Assembly: GCA_013265495.1 (NCBI GenBank)
Contig: MU058883.1
Location: 614,596-678,595, forward strand
Direction: 5' to 3'
From: Vicugna vicugna
Lineage: Eukaryota
Length of the DNA: 64,000 nt
The notes under the pieces were generated by a model. That model made no database searches and had not been told where the DNA came from. It saw only the letters and a list, made by a program, of their open reading frames with translations. Shown here one piece after another: positions 23,723-35,044 of this stretch. The position numbers and the translations under genes were made by a program. Within the stretch, counting starts at the first letter, position 1. The number at the start of each line of letters is the position of its first letter.

Positions 23723-25157
23723 GTGAGTCCCGTGCCCCTCAGGGACTTCTGGGCCCCAGCTTGGTCTTCTGGGTAACAGTCTGCTAACCGATGTCCCCAG
23801 GAGGGGAGCCATGCATGGGGCTCAGCCACTGGCCACACCAACCCCTCCTAGGCCAGCGTGCCCTGGCCGAACCCTGCTTCTGCCCAGCCGTCTGGCCTCA
23901 GTAAGGTACCCGAGCACTGTGACCATTTGGGGCCCTCGTAAGGCTCTGGTGCGGGTCTGGGAACCCCTTTCTGCAAGCAAGAGCCCCTTTCAACCCCAGT
24001 CCTCAATGTCCCTGGTCCAGCAGACATGTCCAGTGAAGTCCTGGGCCACCCCAGGAACTCCTGGCACAGCGGTCACCCTGCCCAAGGCCCAGGGGCCCAC
24101 TGTCTCCCCTCCTCCAGACAGGTTGGCACCTCTGGGATGGCCATCTGCCCTGGGCAGCCCCAGGCTCCTTGCTTTCCTCACAGCCTCCACCTCCCCCGAG
24201 TTCTGTGCCCTAGTCACCTGAAGTCCTGTCTTGCCCCCAAAGACAGCAAGTGTGCCTGCCCCCCCGGGCCTGTGCACTCATGCTGCGCACATCTCCGTTC
24301 AAACTGTGAGCCGTGTCAGGGTGCTGTGCGAGGCAGGGGGTCCTGCCTTTGTGGAGTGTCCCAGCTCTGGGTGACACAGAAAGGGAGGCCATCCACAACT
24401 GCTGTGGACCTGGACGGGGTCGGGGGCTGCCACGCAGGGTGCGCAGGGCCAGAGCACTGATGCCCAAGGCACAGCCCACGTGCACAAGGACCTGGGGCTC
24501 CTTCCTGGGGCCGAGGAGGAGCAGGGCCCCGGGACAGCAAGGCCAGGTGCAGGCCATGGATGGCCGATGGGTGGGGTCCTTGGCTGGGTTCTAGACAGAC
24601 TTGCATTTTATAGAAGTCACTGGCCAATGCAGGGGAGACAGGACACCAGGCTGGGATGGACCTGGGCTAGACCTTTGGGAGGCAGACAGGGTGCACACTT
24701 GAGGGACTGGGGGGCACCTTAGGACCTGGCCATGGTGGGGCTGGGTGCAGAGCCGGAGGCATCCAGAATGACCCCCAGGCTCCCAGAACTGGGAATGGGT
24801 GGGCGATATGCCTGTCAAAGAGGGGACACCCACCCCAGGAGTTGGTTGGAGGCAGATAGGGCTCAGGAAAGGGGTGTCCAGGGGGCAGGAAGCACCTGGG
24901 TAGAGCCCTTGGGCTTGGTGCCCAGGTCAGCATGGTGGGAGGGCCAGAGGCCAGGAGCGAGGAGTTGTACCCAGAGCTGCCAGGGGACACCCCTGAGGAC
25001 CGGTCCCCTCAGTTTCCTCCTAGAAGACTCAGCATTGGCTGAGTGTGCTCCCTGGAGGAGAAATGTGGCTGTGGAGACCCCCACCTCAGGCTCAGCCCAG
25101 CACTGGGGGCACGGGCCACCAGGTCCCTGACAGCTGACCCCAGTGCCCCCTCTGCAG

Positions 25158-25253
25158 GGCTCTGCCCAGGCTGGCTCCTGCCAGCAGCAGTGGTGGGCAC
25201 ACTGGTGTGGTGTTCCTGGCGGGCTGTTTCGTGGTGTTCTCAGGCACACCTAC
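25158..25253 (+). pseudogene. ANO7: ANO7 exon 10 (TM1; +5 duplication; donor GT>CT)
   Basis: GWLLPAAVVGTLV, TGGTG duplicated at 25203-25212, then VFLAGCFVVFSGTPT|ctaagt. Confidence 0.9.
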
Positions 25254-25707
25254 CTAAGTGTCCTCTCCCCTTCGGCTCCCAGGCCTCCCCGGTGTCTCCT
25301 GAGGTGGGTGTGCAGGCCCTGTGCAGAGCTGGGGCCGGAGGTGCACACTGAGCACACCCCTGCCCACAGGGTGGCACGGGGGCCCTGTGGACTTGGCTGG
25401 AAGGCTGGTAGGTAGACCGGCTGTTCCCAAGCGGACACGGGGGACAGGTGTGCCCCCGGACTGACAGGGGCACAGCTGTACTCGCAGGCTCGTGTCACTG
25501 GCACTCGTCCTTGCTTCTCACAATGGTGTCAGCTTTTTTGATAAAGAAATGGCTGGCTTGCGTTTTACCCTATTGTGGAGCTGAAACTTCCAAAAGTGAC
25601 CTAAAAGTCATCATGGTGCACATCTTTAAAAGAAGTGCTGGGGCGGGAGAGGGCAAGGGGAGGGCAGGCCCTCCATGGCGCCCACAGCACGCCCCCACCG
25701 CCCTGAG

Positions 25708-25803
25708 GCAGGAGCTGTGTGGCAGCAGGGCAGCGTCAAGATGTGCCTGCTCTGCCATGATTGCCCTTTCTGGCTGCTCTCCAGCGCCTGTGCCCTGGTC
25801 CAG
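25708..25803 (+). pseudogene. ANO7: ANO7 exon 11 (-1 frameshift; gag acceptor, gc donor)
   Basis: QELCGSR, shift near 25730, then SVKMCLLCHDCPFWLLSSACALVQ versus QELCGSKDSFEMCPLCLDCPFWLLSSACALAQ. Confidence 0.9.
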
Positions 25804-26269
25804 GCACGAGGGGGCCAAAGTGAGAGCGGCAGCTCCCCCGGGTTGGGTCCTGCCCTGCCTGCACCCCCAGCTCGGTCCCTGTCAAAGGCAAGCCCCTGTG
25901 AGTGACGTAACCCCCACGGCACCATGCCCCCCCAACCCCGGGCCACGACTGGCCAGCACGGCGCGGCGCTCAGCGGAGGGCCTGCGCCGGGAGACGCCCG
26001 CTCCTCACTCTCACTATGACTGTGCTATTGCGTGTGGCTGGCCAAGGTCAGCTGGGGGCCCAGGGCAGGCAGACCTCTCGGGCACAGACGGGCTGCGCAG
26101 AGCTCCCAACTCAAGAGGCCGGGACGGGCGGCTCCCTGGAGTCCTTGAGCCCCGTGCACCGCGCGGTGTGTCGTCGTCTCCAGCGGCCTTGCCAGCATGC
26201 CCCACACACAGGCCTGGAGCCCTGCTGCCAGGACAGACCCACAGACAGACGCCCCCCTGCCGCACTCCT

Positions 26270-27000
26270 GGGGACCTAGGCCTGCTGTAACACATTGTCA
26301 CAAAAGGGGGGCCCTAGCACAACAAAGCGGTTCCCTCACAATTCTGAAGGTCAGAGTCTAACACTGAGGTGGTGTCAGGGCTGGTTTCTTCTGGAAAACC
26401 GGGTCCGTGACGCCCCCTGGTTCCTGGTCGCTGCCAGGAATCCTCCTGTTCCCTGGTCCGGGGCTGCATCACTCCCACTGCTGCCTCCATCTTCGTGTGG
26501 CCCCTCCCTCGACGTGTCTCTGTGTCTGTTTCCTCTTCTGTGTCATTGGTTTTCGACCCTCCCCTAATCCAGGGTGTGCTCATCTAGAGAGCCTTATCCT
26601 AATTACACATGCAGAGGCCCTCCTTCCAAATAGCATTATATTCTGAGGTCCCAGGTGGACGCATCTTTGGGGAGCCCATAATTCAATTCACTACAGTCCA
26701 CCCTCTGGCCCCCAAAACTTCATATCCATCCATGTGCAAAATACATTCACCCCCAACCCAGTGTCCCTGAAGTCTCACCCACTGCAGCATCAACTCTAAG
26801 TCCAAAATCTCACCTAGATACCGACAACTCAAAAGTCTCAAATTTCATCTGCATCATCTAAGTCAGGTGCGGGTGGGACTGGCTATGGGCCCTCCTGGGG
26901 CGACATCTTCTCTACCTGTGCTAGGGAACAAGTCACCTGCTGCCGAAACACAATGATGGGCAGACACAGACCAGGCGGGGCCATCCCTAAAGGGAGGACA
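26270..27000 (-). mobile_element. ERVL-MaLR MLT1 3' LTR (about 26270-26695) plus the end of the internal region (26696 to about 27000)
   Basis: On the minus strand the LTR starts TGTAGTGAATTGAATTATGGGCTCCCC at 26695, preceded by a purine-rich agagggtggac. MLT1-like body ggctgcatcactcccactgctgcctccatcttc. Confidence 0.75.
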
Positions 27001-27066
27001 GGGAGGGAGTGCAGGGGCCACCAGCCCCAAATGAGCCAGAACCCCCCCTCCCCGCCCCGCCCGCAG

Positions 27067-27214
27067 GCTGGCCAGCCCTTGGACCACCACCATGGTGGCA
27101 CCGTCTTCTTCAGCCTGTTCATGGCGCTGTGGGCCGTGTCCTCTTGGGATGCTGGAGTGCAAGAGCACCATGCAGGCCCACCCCTGGGGCTGCTCCAACC
27201 GTGAGGACATCGTG
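27067..27214 (+). pseudogene. ANO7: ANO7 exon 12 (TM2; +6 and -2 indels)
   Basis: AGQPLDHHHGGTVFFSLFMALWAV, then a shift to KSTMQAHPWGCSNREDIV|gtgggt. 148 nt versus 144. Confidence 0.9.
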
Positions 27215-27273
27215 GTGGGTGGTCTGGTCGCTCACGGAGCGCGCACCCCCGCTGAGCACTGGCTTCCCTCCAG

Positions 27274-27410
27274 GAGAGGCCGTGGCCTCAGGTGGCCGCC
27301 TCAGCTCCCACAACAGCCCTGAGCCCCACCGCCGGTGAGGACGAGCCCTACTTCCCCAAGAGGAGCCGCCTGTGCTGGTGCTGGCCGGCTCCGTGGTGGT
27401 CATGACGATG
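27274..27410 (+). pseudogene. ANO7: ANO7 exon 13 (-1 frameshift near 27376)
   Basis: ERPWPQVAASAPTTALSPTAGEDEPYFPKRSRLC, shift, VLAGSVVVMTM|gtgag. 137 nt versus 138. Confidence 0.9.
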
Positions 27411-28080
27411 GTGAGGGGTCGCCACTGCCCTCCCCGCCCCCCATGCCTCTGTCCTCCTGAGCCTCAGGGGTCAGCTTGTGTCCTCCTTCCCATCCTCCTC
27501 ATGCTTCCTCTGGGAGCCACAAGACCCTTGCTGTCACCAGAAGGGCCCCCGTTACCTGGGCTCCAGGGAGGGGGAAAAGCCTGCAGCCAAGTTAGGGGTC
27601 CGGGTGGTAAGAGGTGGGTGTGTGTTGGACAGGGGCCTCTGGGAAGGCTTCTCCAGCTGTGGGCTTGGGCATCCTTCAAGATGGGGGGGCAATCCCAGCA
27701 CAGGGGCCCCTCACACCCTGCCTTGCCCTCCAGCCCTAGAGGCTTCCTAACTGACCCACTCCCTCCCCTTCCAAGATGTCAGGAATTCCCCGTTTGGGGC
27801 TGGTGAGCCAGTGGGGTGGGTTCTCTAGCACCTGGGGCTAACAATGCACAGGGGCCCTTTGACACCCAAATGTTGCCCATCTCTAATTCTAAATGACCAC
27901 CCTTCCCCACCTCTCCCTGCCCACCATGCTGCACTGGCCCGCAACCCCAGCAAGAGGAGGCACGGAGCACAGCCTGGTCTAGACACGCAGCAGTGGTGGT
28001 ACTGCTGTGGGGGCTGTGGCCTGAGGGTGCTGGGGTGCCAGGACAGCAGCACGGCGGCTCAGGCATCTGGCTGCCCGCAG

Positions 28081-28179
28081 GTGGCCGTGATGGTCATGTG
28101 CCTGGTGTCCGTCATCCTGTACAGGGCCATCCTGGCCATCCTGGTGTCCAGGTCAAACAACACGCTCCTCGCAGCCTGG
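28081..28179 (+). pseudogene. ANO7: ANO7 exon 14 (intact)
   Basis: ccgcag|VAVMVMCLVSVILYRAILAILVSRSNNTLLAAW|gtgagc. Confidence 0.93.
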
Positions 28180-28269
28180 GTGAGCTTCCACTGTCTGCTC
28201 CTGCTGGGTGGGTGGGGCTGTGGTCTCCCCACTCCCTGTCACCTGCTCTGACCTGCCATCTCTCCTCAG

Positions 28270-28378
28270 TCGTCATGCATCACCAGCCTCATGGGGTCCA
28301 TCCTGAACCTCATCTTCACCCTCATCCTCTCCAAGACCTATGTGGCCGTGGCCCTGGCCCATGTCCTGACAAAATGGG
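28270..28378 (+). pseudogene. ANO7: ANO7 exon 15 (+6 in-frame duplication)
   Basis: SSCITSLMGSILNLIFTLILSKTYVAVALAHVLTKW-E; GTGGCC duplicated at 28342-28353. Confidence 0.9.
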
Positions 28379-29127
28379 GTGAGTGCCGAGGCTGGCTGGC
28401 ACTGACCCAGCCCAGCTGCATCACATCAGAACACGACTTATTTCATGTCTGAACGAGGCCCAGATGGGACATGTCACATCCACCCCCAAAAGTCCCTCCA
28501 ATAGCAGTGAGCAGGGCCTTGATGGCGGGAGAGGAAGTGGCCCTCCTGGGTACTCCAGGCCTCACCCTGGGTCAACAGGAATCCTTGCCCCTCGCAGGTG
28601 AGTCCTCTCTTTCCCCCTCTTCGCCTGCCTCGCCACACCTTCCTCAGACCCCTTTCCATTTCCTAAGGACGAGTGCTGATGAGCCAATCCATCCATCCCA
28701 CAAACTGCAGTCCTAGAGGGACAAAGCTCAGAGCACACCTAGGGAGGAGGGTGGGGTGGGCAGCATTCTGCAGACAAAATGGAGGGGGGCAGTGGGAGGT
28801 GGGTGGGTGCCCAGGGAGAGGCTCCAGGTGAGGGGACCCAGGGACAGGGCCCTGGGGGAGCCACTCAGTGTTCCTGCAAGTGGGGCTGTGTCCCCCTTTT
28901 CTGGTCTCAGGTGCTACCTCCGGTTAACCTTTGATGCTCCCACCTCCATCTCAGCACCTGCTTCCTGGGCACCTCCACTGCCCAGGCCCCCACAACTATG
29001 CCCTGTCTGCCCCACTGAGCTACATCATGTGACTTCCTAGAATCTCTTGCCCCAGTTCCTCCTTTACCGACAGAACGTTTTTAGATGGTTTTGAGGTAAG
29101 AAATCCAGGAATGCCACACGTTGCCCC

Positions 29128-29869
29128 TTCTTGAAAGAATTTCTTTTTTTTTTCTCTGTGATTTATCATAACATTTTGTGTATATTTCCCTGTGCTATAC
29201 AGTGTAATCTTGTTTATCTATTCTACAATTTTGAAATCCCAGTCTATCCCTTCCCACCCTCTACTCTACTGGTAACCACAAGTCTGTATTCTCTGTCCAT
29301 GAGTCTTTAGATTCCACATATGAGCGATCTCATATGGTATTTTTCTTTCTCTTTCTGGCTTACTTCACTTAGAATGACATTCTCTAGGAGCATCCATGTT
29401 GCTGCAAATGGCGTTATGTTGTCGGTTTTTATGGCTGAGTAGTATTCCATTGTATAAATATACCACTTCTTCTTTATCCAGTCACCTATTGATGGACATT
29501 TAGGCTGTTTCCATGTTTTGGCTATTGTAAATAGTGCTGCTATGAACATTGGAGTGCAGGTGTCATCCTGAAGTAGATTTCCTTCTGGATACAAGCCCAG
29601 GAGTGGGATTCCTGGGTCATATGGTAAGNNNNNNNNNNNNNNNNNNNNNNNNNNNNNNNNNNNNNNNNNNNNNNNNNNNNNNNNNNNNNNNNNNNNNNNN
29701 NNNNNNNNNNNNNNNNNNNNNNNNNNNNNNNNNNNNNNNNNNNNNNNNNNNNNNNNNNNNNNNNNNNNGGCCATTCTGACTGGTGTGAGGTGATACCTCA
29801 TTGTAGTTTTGATTTGCATTTCTCTGATAATTAGTGATATTGAGCATTTTTTCTTGAAAGAATTTCTTT
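29128..29869 (-). mobile_element. Young 5'-truncated camelid-type L1 with a perfect 19-bp target-site duplication
   Basis: TSD ttcttgaaagaatttcttt at 29128-29146 and 29851-29869. ORF 29307..29819 is the L1 ORF2p C-terminus ([17 protein letters not shown]...CTPMFIAALFTIAKTWKQPKCPS...WYIYTMEYYSAIK). Confidence 0.92.
29629..29768. other. Assembly gap (140 N) inside the L1
   Basis: Run of n characters. Confidence 1.
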
Positions 29870-29941
29870 AGAATATCCGGACCTTTTCCCCATCTCTGCA
29901 TGGGTGAGGTGGTCTTACGACGGGATCCCGCTGTGCCACAG

Positions 29942-30041
29942 AGATGCATCGGACCCAGACCAAGTTCGAGGACGCCTTCCCCCTCAAGGTGTTCATCAAC
30001 TCCTGCTCCTGGCCCATCTGCATCGCCTTCTGCAAGGGCAG
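29942..30041 (+). pseudogene. ANO7: ANO7 exon 16 (12-nt in-frame deletion of FQFV)
   Basis: ccacag|(E)MHRTQTKFEDAFPLKVFI----NSCSWPICIAFCKG-R|gtcagc. Confidence 0.92.
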
Positions 30042-30357
30042 GTCAGCGCCCTGGGCCCCGCCCTCGGAGCGACCCGCCCTGCCCCGCCCCAAGCTACATC
30101 CCGCCCCGCCCCTCCACGACCTATCCGGCCACGCCCCCACACCTCAGCCACGCCCTACCCGCGCGACCCGCCTTGGCCACGCCCCTACGCCGCCGGGCCA
30201 CCTCCCCCCACCTGTCTCCGCCCACCCCAGGCCCCGCCCCGCTTCGCGCTTCGCCAGGTGGTCTCCGGGTGGCCGCGGGAGCACAGGTGCGGCGGGCGCG
30301 GCCCGACGTCAGGCGGGGCTGGTCACGCGCTGCCTCTGGACCTTGATTCTCCCCCAG

Positions 30358-30412
30358 GTTCGTGGGCTATCCGGGCAACGGCCACATCCTGCTTGGGGTC
30401 CGCAACCAGGCG
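30358..30412 (+). pseudogene. ANO7: ANO7 exon 17 (intact)
   Basis: ccccag|(R)FVGYPGNGHILLGVRNQA|gtgagc. Confidence 0.92.
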
Positions 30413-31354
30413 GTGAGCCCGCGGAGACCGGCCCTAGCCGCTGACGGCCCTTCCTGCCCCCTAGGACCGCCACGCCGGCCTCCTCGCACGGCTTCTGCCC
30501 CCTCGCAGCCGTCCACAAAACACTCACAATCCGCGTGTCCCTAGAGGCTCCCGATTCCCACCTGAGCGGAGCTCCAGTCATCGGGGTGGACCGTGAGGCA
30601 ATGCCGCTGCCGCGAACTCGGCTGGCACACTGCGTGCAGGGGCTGGCGGCCCTTCCGGGGCTCAGCGTCTCCCGGGCTGGCCCCCTCCACCCCCGCCAGC
30701 ACAGCAGGCTCCCTTGCGTGGCCCAGCAGCTCTGAGAGCCAGGTGTGAGCCTGCTTTTTCAGGAAGCAGAAGCTGCTTCTGTGCAGAACGAAGCATCACT
30801 GTGTGTGGGGTGCCCCCAAAGCTGACCCCAACAGACTGGAGTGCGCATAATTGGTGGGGGTGTCACCCCGGGAAGCATGCAAACGGAGGAGGATGGCAGG
30901 AGGAGGTGCACCTGCGAGTACTTAAGTGCGGGGCCGCTGTTGAGGACGTGTGGGCTCAACCCTGCGCAGACTCTCTGAGACACTATAGAAAACCCCCCAG
31001 ATTGTCCCGGTTCATCTGGTTCCTCACTGGCGGAGGGCCAGGCTCGCCCTGAGGCAGCATGAGTGGCTGTGTCTGGAATAGTCCACAAGTGGCCTCTGGG
31101 CTTGGCCAAGGGGACACAGGTGGGGGTCCAACAGCTCCTGCTGAGCACCTCACCTCAAAGACCCTCTTCTTTTTGATGAAGAAGGAGGGAGAACAGCAAC
31201 CTCCCATGGGTCTGGGTTGTGACCCAGCCTGACAGCTGCCTGCAGAGTAGCTGCCCCCAAGGGACACTCTCCATTTTCCCACAAGAGGGGAGGGGCTTTC
31301 TAGGGACAGGGCAGATGGGACCACAACTCAGGGCCATGACTGCACACGATGCAC

Positions 31355-31760
31355 ATCAGTCCAGCAGCCTTCAGTTATCAGTGGGAAAAGTTCCCAACTC
31401 AAAGTGGCTTAAGCAAAAATGAGTTTCATTGGCTCCCGTATTGGAAATACAGGGCCCTGTGGACTCAGGTACGGCTAGATCCAGGTGTTTAAACAATGTT
31501 GCGCTGCTTTCCCCAGCATTGGCTGTGCTCTCGGGCAGGTTCTCCTCACCTGGTAGGGAAGACATCCTGCAGTGTGGGCTGACATCCCAATAGCAGTGGA
31601 TGACACCCTTTAGCTTGGTACCCCCTTGCAAGGCATGCTGCCCCACGAGCTCCCCCTGAAAGCCCAGGCCCATCCCTCACTGGCTCGACCAAGTCACTGT
31701 TGAGGCCTGCATCTTGGGTCCTCTCTTGAGCCAGAGGCTAGGCTTGACCCGTTGGTTCCC
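31355..31760 (-). mobile_element. MLT1-type (J/K/L-like) LTR relic
   Basis: cccaactcaaagtggcttaagcaaaaatgagtttcattggctcc...ggctagatccaggtgtttaaacaatgttg. Confidence 0.6.
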
Positions 31761-32030
31761 AAAAAGAACCCAGGGTGCCATACGATAGTGCCTCTGGTCA
31801 CTCCCATGCACAGCCTGCCAGTTGGTCCTGGGGAAGGCTTGGGGAGGGGGCTTGAGTGAGATAGGGAAGAGGGAGGAAGGCGGGAGGGTTTCGGCCATCC
31901 TCAAGGTGCCTGTTGCATGTCTGAAAAGGCGATGAGGGCATGGTGGGGGCCACCTTTGAGGCCTAGAGACAGCTGGGTGGACATGAGGTTGGTCCCTCCC
32001 ACAAGCTAATCTGAGGCCCTGATGCTGCAG

Positions 32031-32128
32031 TGTGTAGCTGGAGGCTGCCTCATTGAGTTGGCACAGGAACTCCTGGTCATCACAGTGGGCAAGCAGATCA
32101 TCAACAACGTGCAGGAGATTCTTGTTCC
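32031..32128 (+). pseudogene. ANO7: ANO7 exon 18 (TM6; intact)
   Basis: ctgcag|CVAGGCLIELAQELLVITVGKQIINNVQEILV-P|gtgaat. Confidence 0.93.
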
Positions 32129-33219
32129 GTGAATCACCCACCCCACCCCACTCTGGGAAGCATCCAGGGACTGTGGGACCCGGGAGTGTCTGGGGCAGCA
32201 GCCCCAGTCCAGCCCCAGCTGGGAGAAGAGGTTGGACAGAAGGAAGGTCTGGCCCCTCGTGGACCTCAGCGACTCATGTGCAATGTAGGGGAGGCTCTGC
32301 CCCAGCCACCTGCCCCGCAGGATCTATGATGCCCCCACACTACAGAGTTGCTGCAGACACTTACTGAGTTCTCTCGCCCCGGGGATAACTTTGGAGGGGA
32401 GGAAGCCTGGGTTCCTGGGCCCTGTCCCATCCATGCCAGTCCATCCTGTCTGCAGCCTGCTGTGGATGGACCATCGAGTTTTTTGGCCCCAGCACAACAC
32501 TAGAGGGAGGAGCAAGGGGAGGCCCCTGGTTTCACCTGCCCTAACAGAAATACCCAGACCACTGGGGTCCCAACTCCCCAGTGCCACCCACTGGCACCAC
32601 TGTGGCCCCAGTCAAGGCAACTAGGACCCTGTCCTAGGCCAGAGCCTTCAATGGCCTGCCCAGGCGTGGTTTCTTATCTGGCCGGAGGCTGGATGCCCTC
32701 CACCATCTCTCTCCACACCTGATCTCCCGTGATGGCAGCTCCTTGGCGACTCCCCGGGGGAACCTCAGACGGTAGCTGTGGGACCTTGGCCAAGCCATGT
32801 GCCCTCACTGGGCATGGCCCTGACTCTCAGAGCAGGTGGTGTTGGGAAGCTGAGTTCAGGATTCCAAAGTGCAGGGTGTCGCTGGACGAGCGGCAGCATG
32901 GGGAAGCAATACCATGAGCCCCACTGTCCTCATCTACTCCCTTCCTCCCTCCCTCCCAAGCTTGACGCAGCTCTTGACACCTCTTTGCAGTTTCCAGGAG
33001 GGATCAGTTGTCCCCAGATCTCCTGTGAGTGAGGCAGACTTTCCTGAGGGCACTGCAGGGTTGCTGGGGGAGGTGATGCCCCAGAGGGCCGAAGCGTCGC
33101 CCCTCGCTCTGCCTGCCCAGTGGCCCCAGGCCCTCCTCCTCCTGGTGCCCTTTACTTGCAGGGTGCCCAGGACCTGACTTGTTAGAACGGGGGCATTTCC
33201 CTGGGTGCTCTGTCTCCAG

Positions 33220-33365
33220 GAAGCTAGAGGACTGGTGGCAGAAATTCTGGCTCCGCTCCAAGAAGAGGAGGGTGGGGGCTTCCATGGTGGCTGGCCAGGT
33301 GCCCTGGGAGGCGGACTACAAACTTCTACCCTGCGAGGACCTGTTTGACGAATATCTAGGGATGG
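33220..33365 (+). pseudogene. ANO7: ANO7 exon 19 (frame intact; EYLEM>EYLGM)
   Basis: KLEDWWQKFWLRSKKRRVGASMVAGQVPWEADYKLLPCEDLFDEYLGM|gtagg. Confidence 0.93.
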
Positions 33366-34648
33366 GTAGGCGCCCTAGTGGTGGCGGCAGCCGTGGCTAT
33401 CACCGTGGGTGGGAGGGGCAGCCACACACCCGAAAGGCTTTCAGCCTCAGCATTCCTGTCTTCATCTACCTTGAAGCATGATTGTAGGGGTGAGCATGAC
33501 AGAGGTTCCCTGGTGGAGTAAGGCCCACAAAGATCAGGAAAGGAGTTGAGGAGGCCAGAGTGGGGAGTGCTCAAGAAAGGTTGGCTGAGGGCAGGAAGGG
33601 GCAGCACCCTGGGCACAAGGGTTTGGAAAAAGACCTGGGGCCAGTTGATGGGGCTTTCTTGCAGTGGCCTTAATCTCCCCTACCCAGGAAAGCCTGGGCC
33701 AGAGCCTCCTGTAGGGAGTGAGAAGTGGGGTGCTCAGGCCCTGGGGGCTAAGGAACCCCGAGAGGCAAGGCTACACCTGGGAGGCGATAGGCCTGGGGAG
33801 CTGATATTCTCTAGACAGTTTCTCGATGCCCACACTCTTGGCTGACCCTCAGCACGTGTTCTTGCCAGGTAGGGGCTGTTCCCCACATGGGGCAATTGCA
33901 CTTTTTGAGGGCAGGGTCTGTGCCCAGTGTAGACACCAGTCCCTGCAGCCAGGGTCTTACTCTTCGATAACAGAGGAGAAAGAATGCTGGCACACTCTTA
34001 ATCTGAAGGGCTGCACCTAAGCCAATGCATTGCTCTGAGCTCCCTGGCAGCCAAAGCAAAAAGGGTGACAGTAGCTGCATTGTTCTATGGATGACAGGGG
34101 GCAGAAGAGTTCACAAGGGAGACACACGCTTTTCCATGATAACGTGCATAGGGTGGACCTTGTGTCTCCACTCCATTGGACAACAGGCAATGGGACCTGA
34201 TGTTTTCCTTAGGAATTTTACGTCCTTTCAAGGAGCCATTTCCTAAAATCAGCCCTAATGTCGGAAGCAGGTTCTGTTGTCGCTCCTGCCAGGAGCCCAC
34301 AGGGTGGGCCAAGCACCGGAGAGGACAGTTACATAAGGAGGCTGAATGTCCAGCCAGAAACGCATCCAGCTCTGTGAGAGCAGTCAGGGGAGGCTTCCTG
34401 AGGGAAGGGGCCCTGCAGCTGAGTCTGCAGGAGTGACCAGAGGCTGGGACCCTGCTGATGGGCAGGGGTGCTCCCAAGGGCTCCCGGAAAAGCGATGTCA
34501 GGGTTTACGGCGGGCACTGTTGGCCATCGGTTGCAGGCGCGGGTGGCCCTTACCACCAGCTGAAACCGGGCGGGCAGGAGTCATGGTTCGCGGGCCGCGG
34601 CCGGCGGAGGGTCCTGGCGGTGGGTGACACTGTTCGCGTCCGCCGCAG

Positions 34649-34810
34649 CGCTGCAGCTCGGCTTCATCACCATCTTCGTGGCCGCCCGCCCGCTCGCGCC
34701 GCTCTTCGCTCCGCTCAACAACTGGGTGGACGCGCTCAGGTTCGTCTGCGAGCGCCGGCGTCTGGGTTCACGTCCTGGCGGGCGTCACGCACCTGGCGGT
34801 CACCGGCAAC
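34649..34810 (+). pseudogene. ANO7: ANO7 exon 20 (TM7-8; 12-nt and 32-nt deletions)
   Basis: LQLGFITIFVAARPLAPLFAPLNNWV----DALRFVCERRR, a 32-nt gap at 34760/34761, then WVHVLAGVTHLAVTGN|gtgag. 162 nt versus 206. Confidence 0.92.
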
Positions 34811-34903
34811 GTGAGCGCGCTGGGGCGGGGTCCGGCGACGGGGCGGGGCCCGGCGACTGCGCGGGGTCGGGCGGGGAGGGGCGCTGGCCCGCCGACCGCC
34901 CAG

Positions 34904-35044
34904 GCCTCCCTGCCGGCCTTGTTGTGCGACTTCCCGCCGCGCGCCCCCTCCGGCCGGACCAGCGCCCGCGCCCTGCGCCGCTGCGTCGGGTTCACGCTGG
35001 CGCGCGCCCGGCCGCCCTCGCGGCCGCGCACACGCCGCGTGCAG
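34904..35044 (+). pseudogene. ANO7: ANO7 exon 21 (-2 frameshift; donor GT>GG)
   Basis: ASLPALLCDFPPRAPSGRTSARALRRCVGFTLARA versus AFLLAFSSDFLPRAYYRWTRAHDLRGFLNFTLARA. Ends TGC AG|gggagg. Confidence 0.85.

Larger units (their letters stand above)
29900..30700. promoter_or_regulatory. Intragenic CpG island over ANO7 exons 16-17 with clustered GC boxes
   Basis: Dense CpG and repeated gccccgccc motifs at 30060-30250, judged by eye. Confidence 0.6.

Noticed and set aside
29307-29819. 170-aa ORF as a cellular gene
   Set aside because: It is the L1 ORF2p C-terminus inside a TSD-flanked insertion and spans an N gap.
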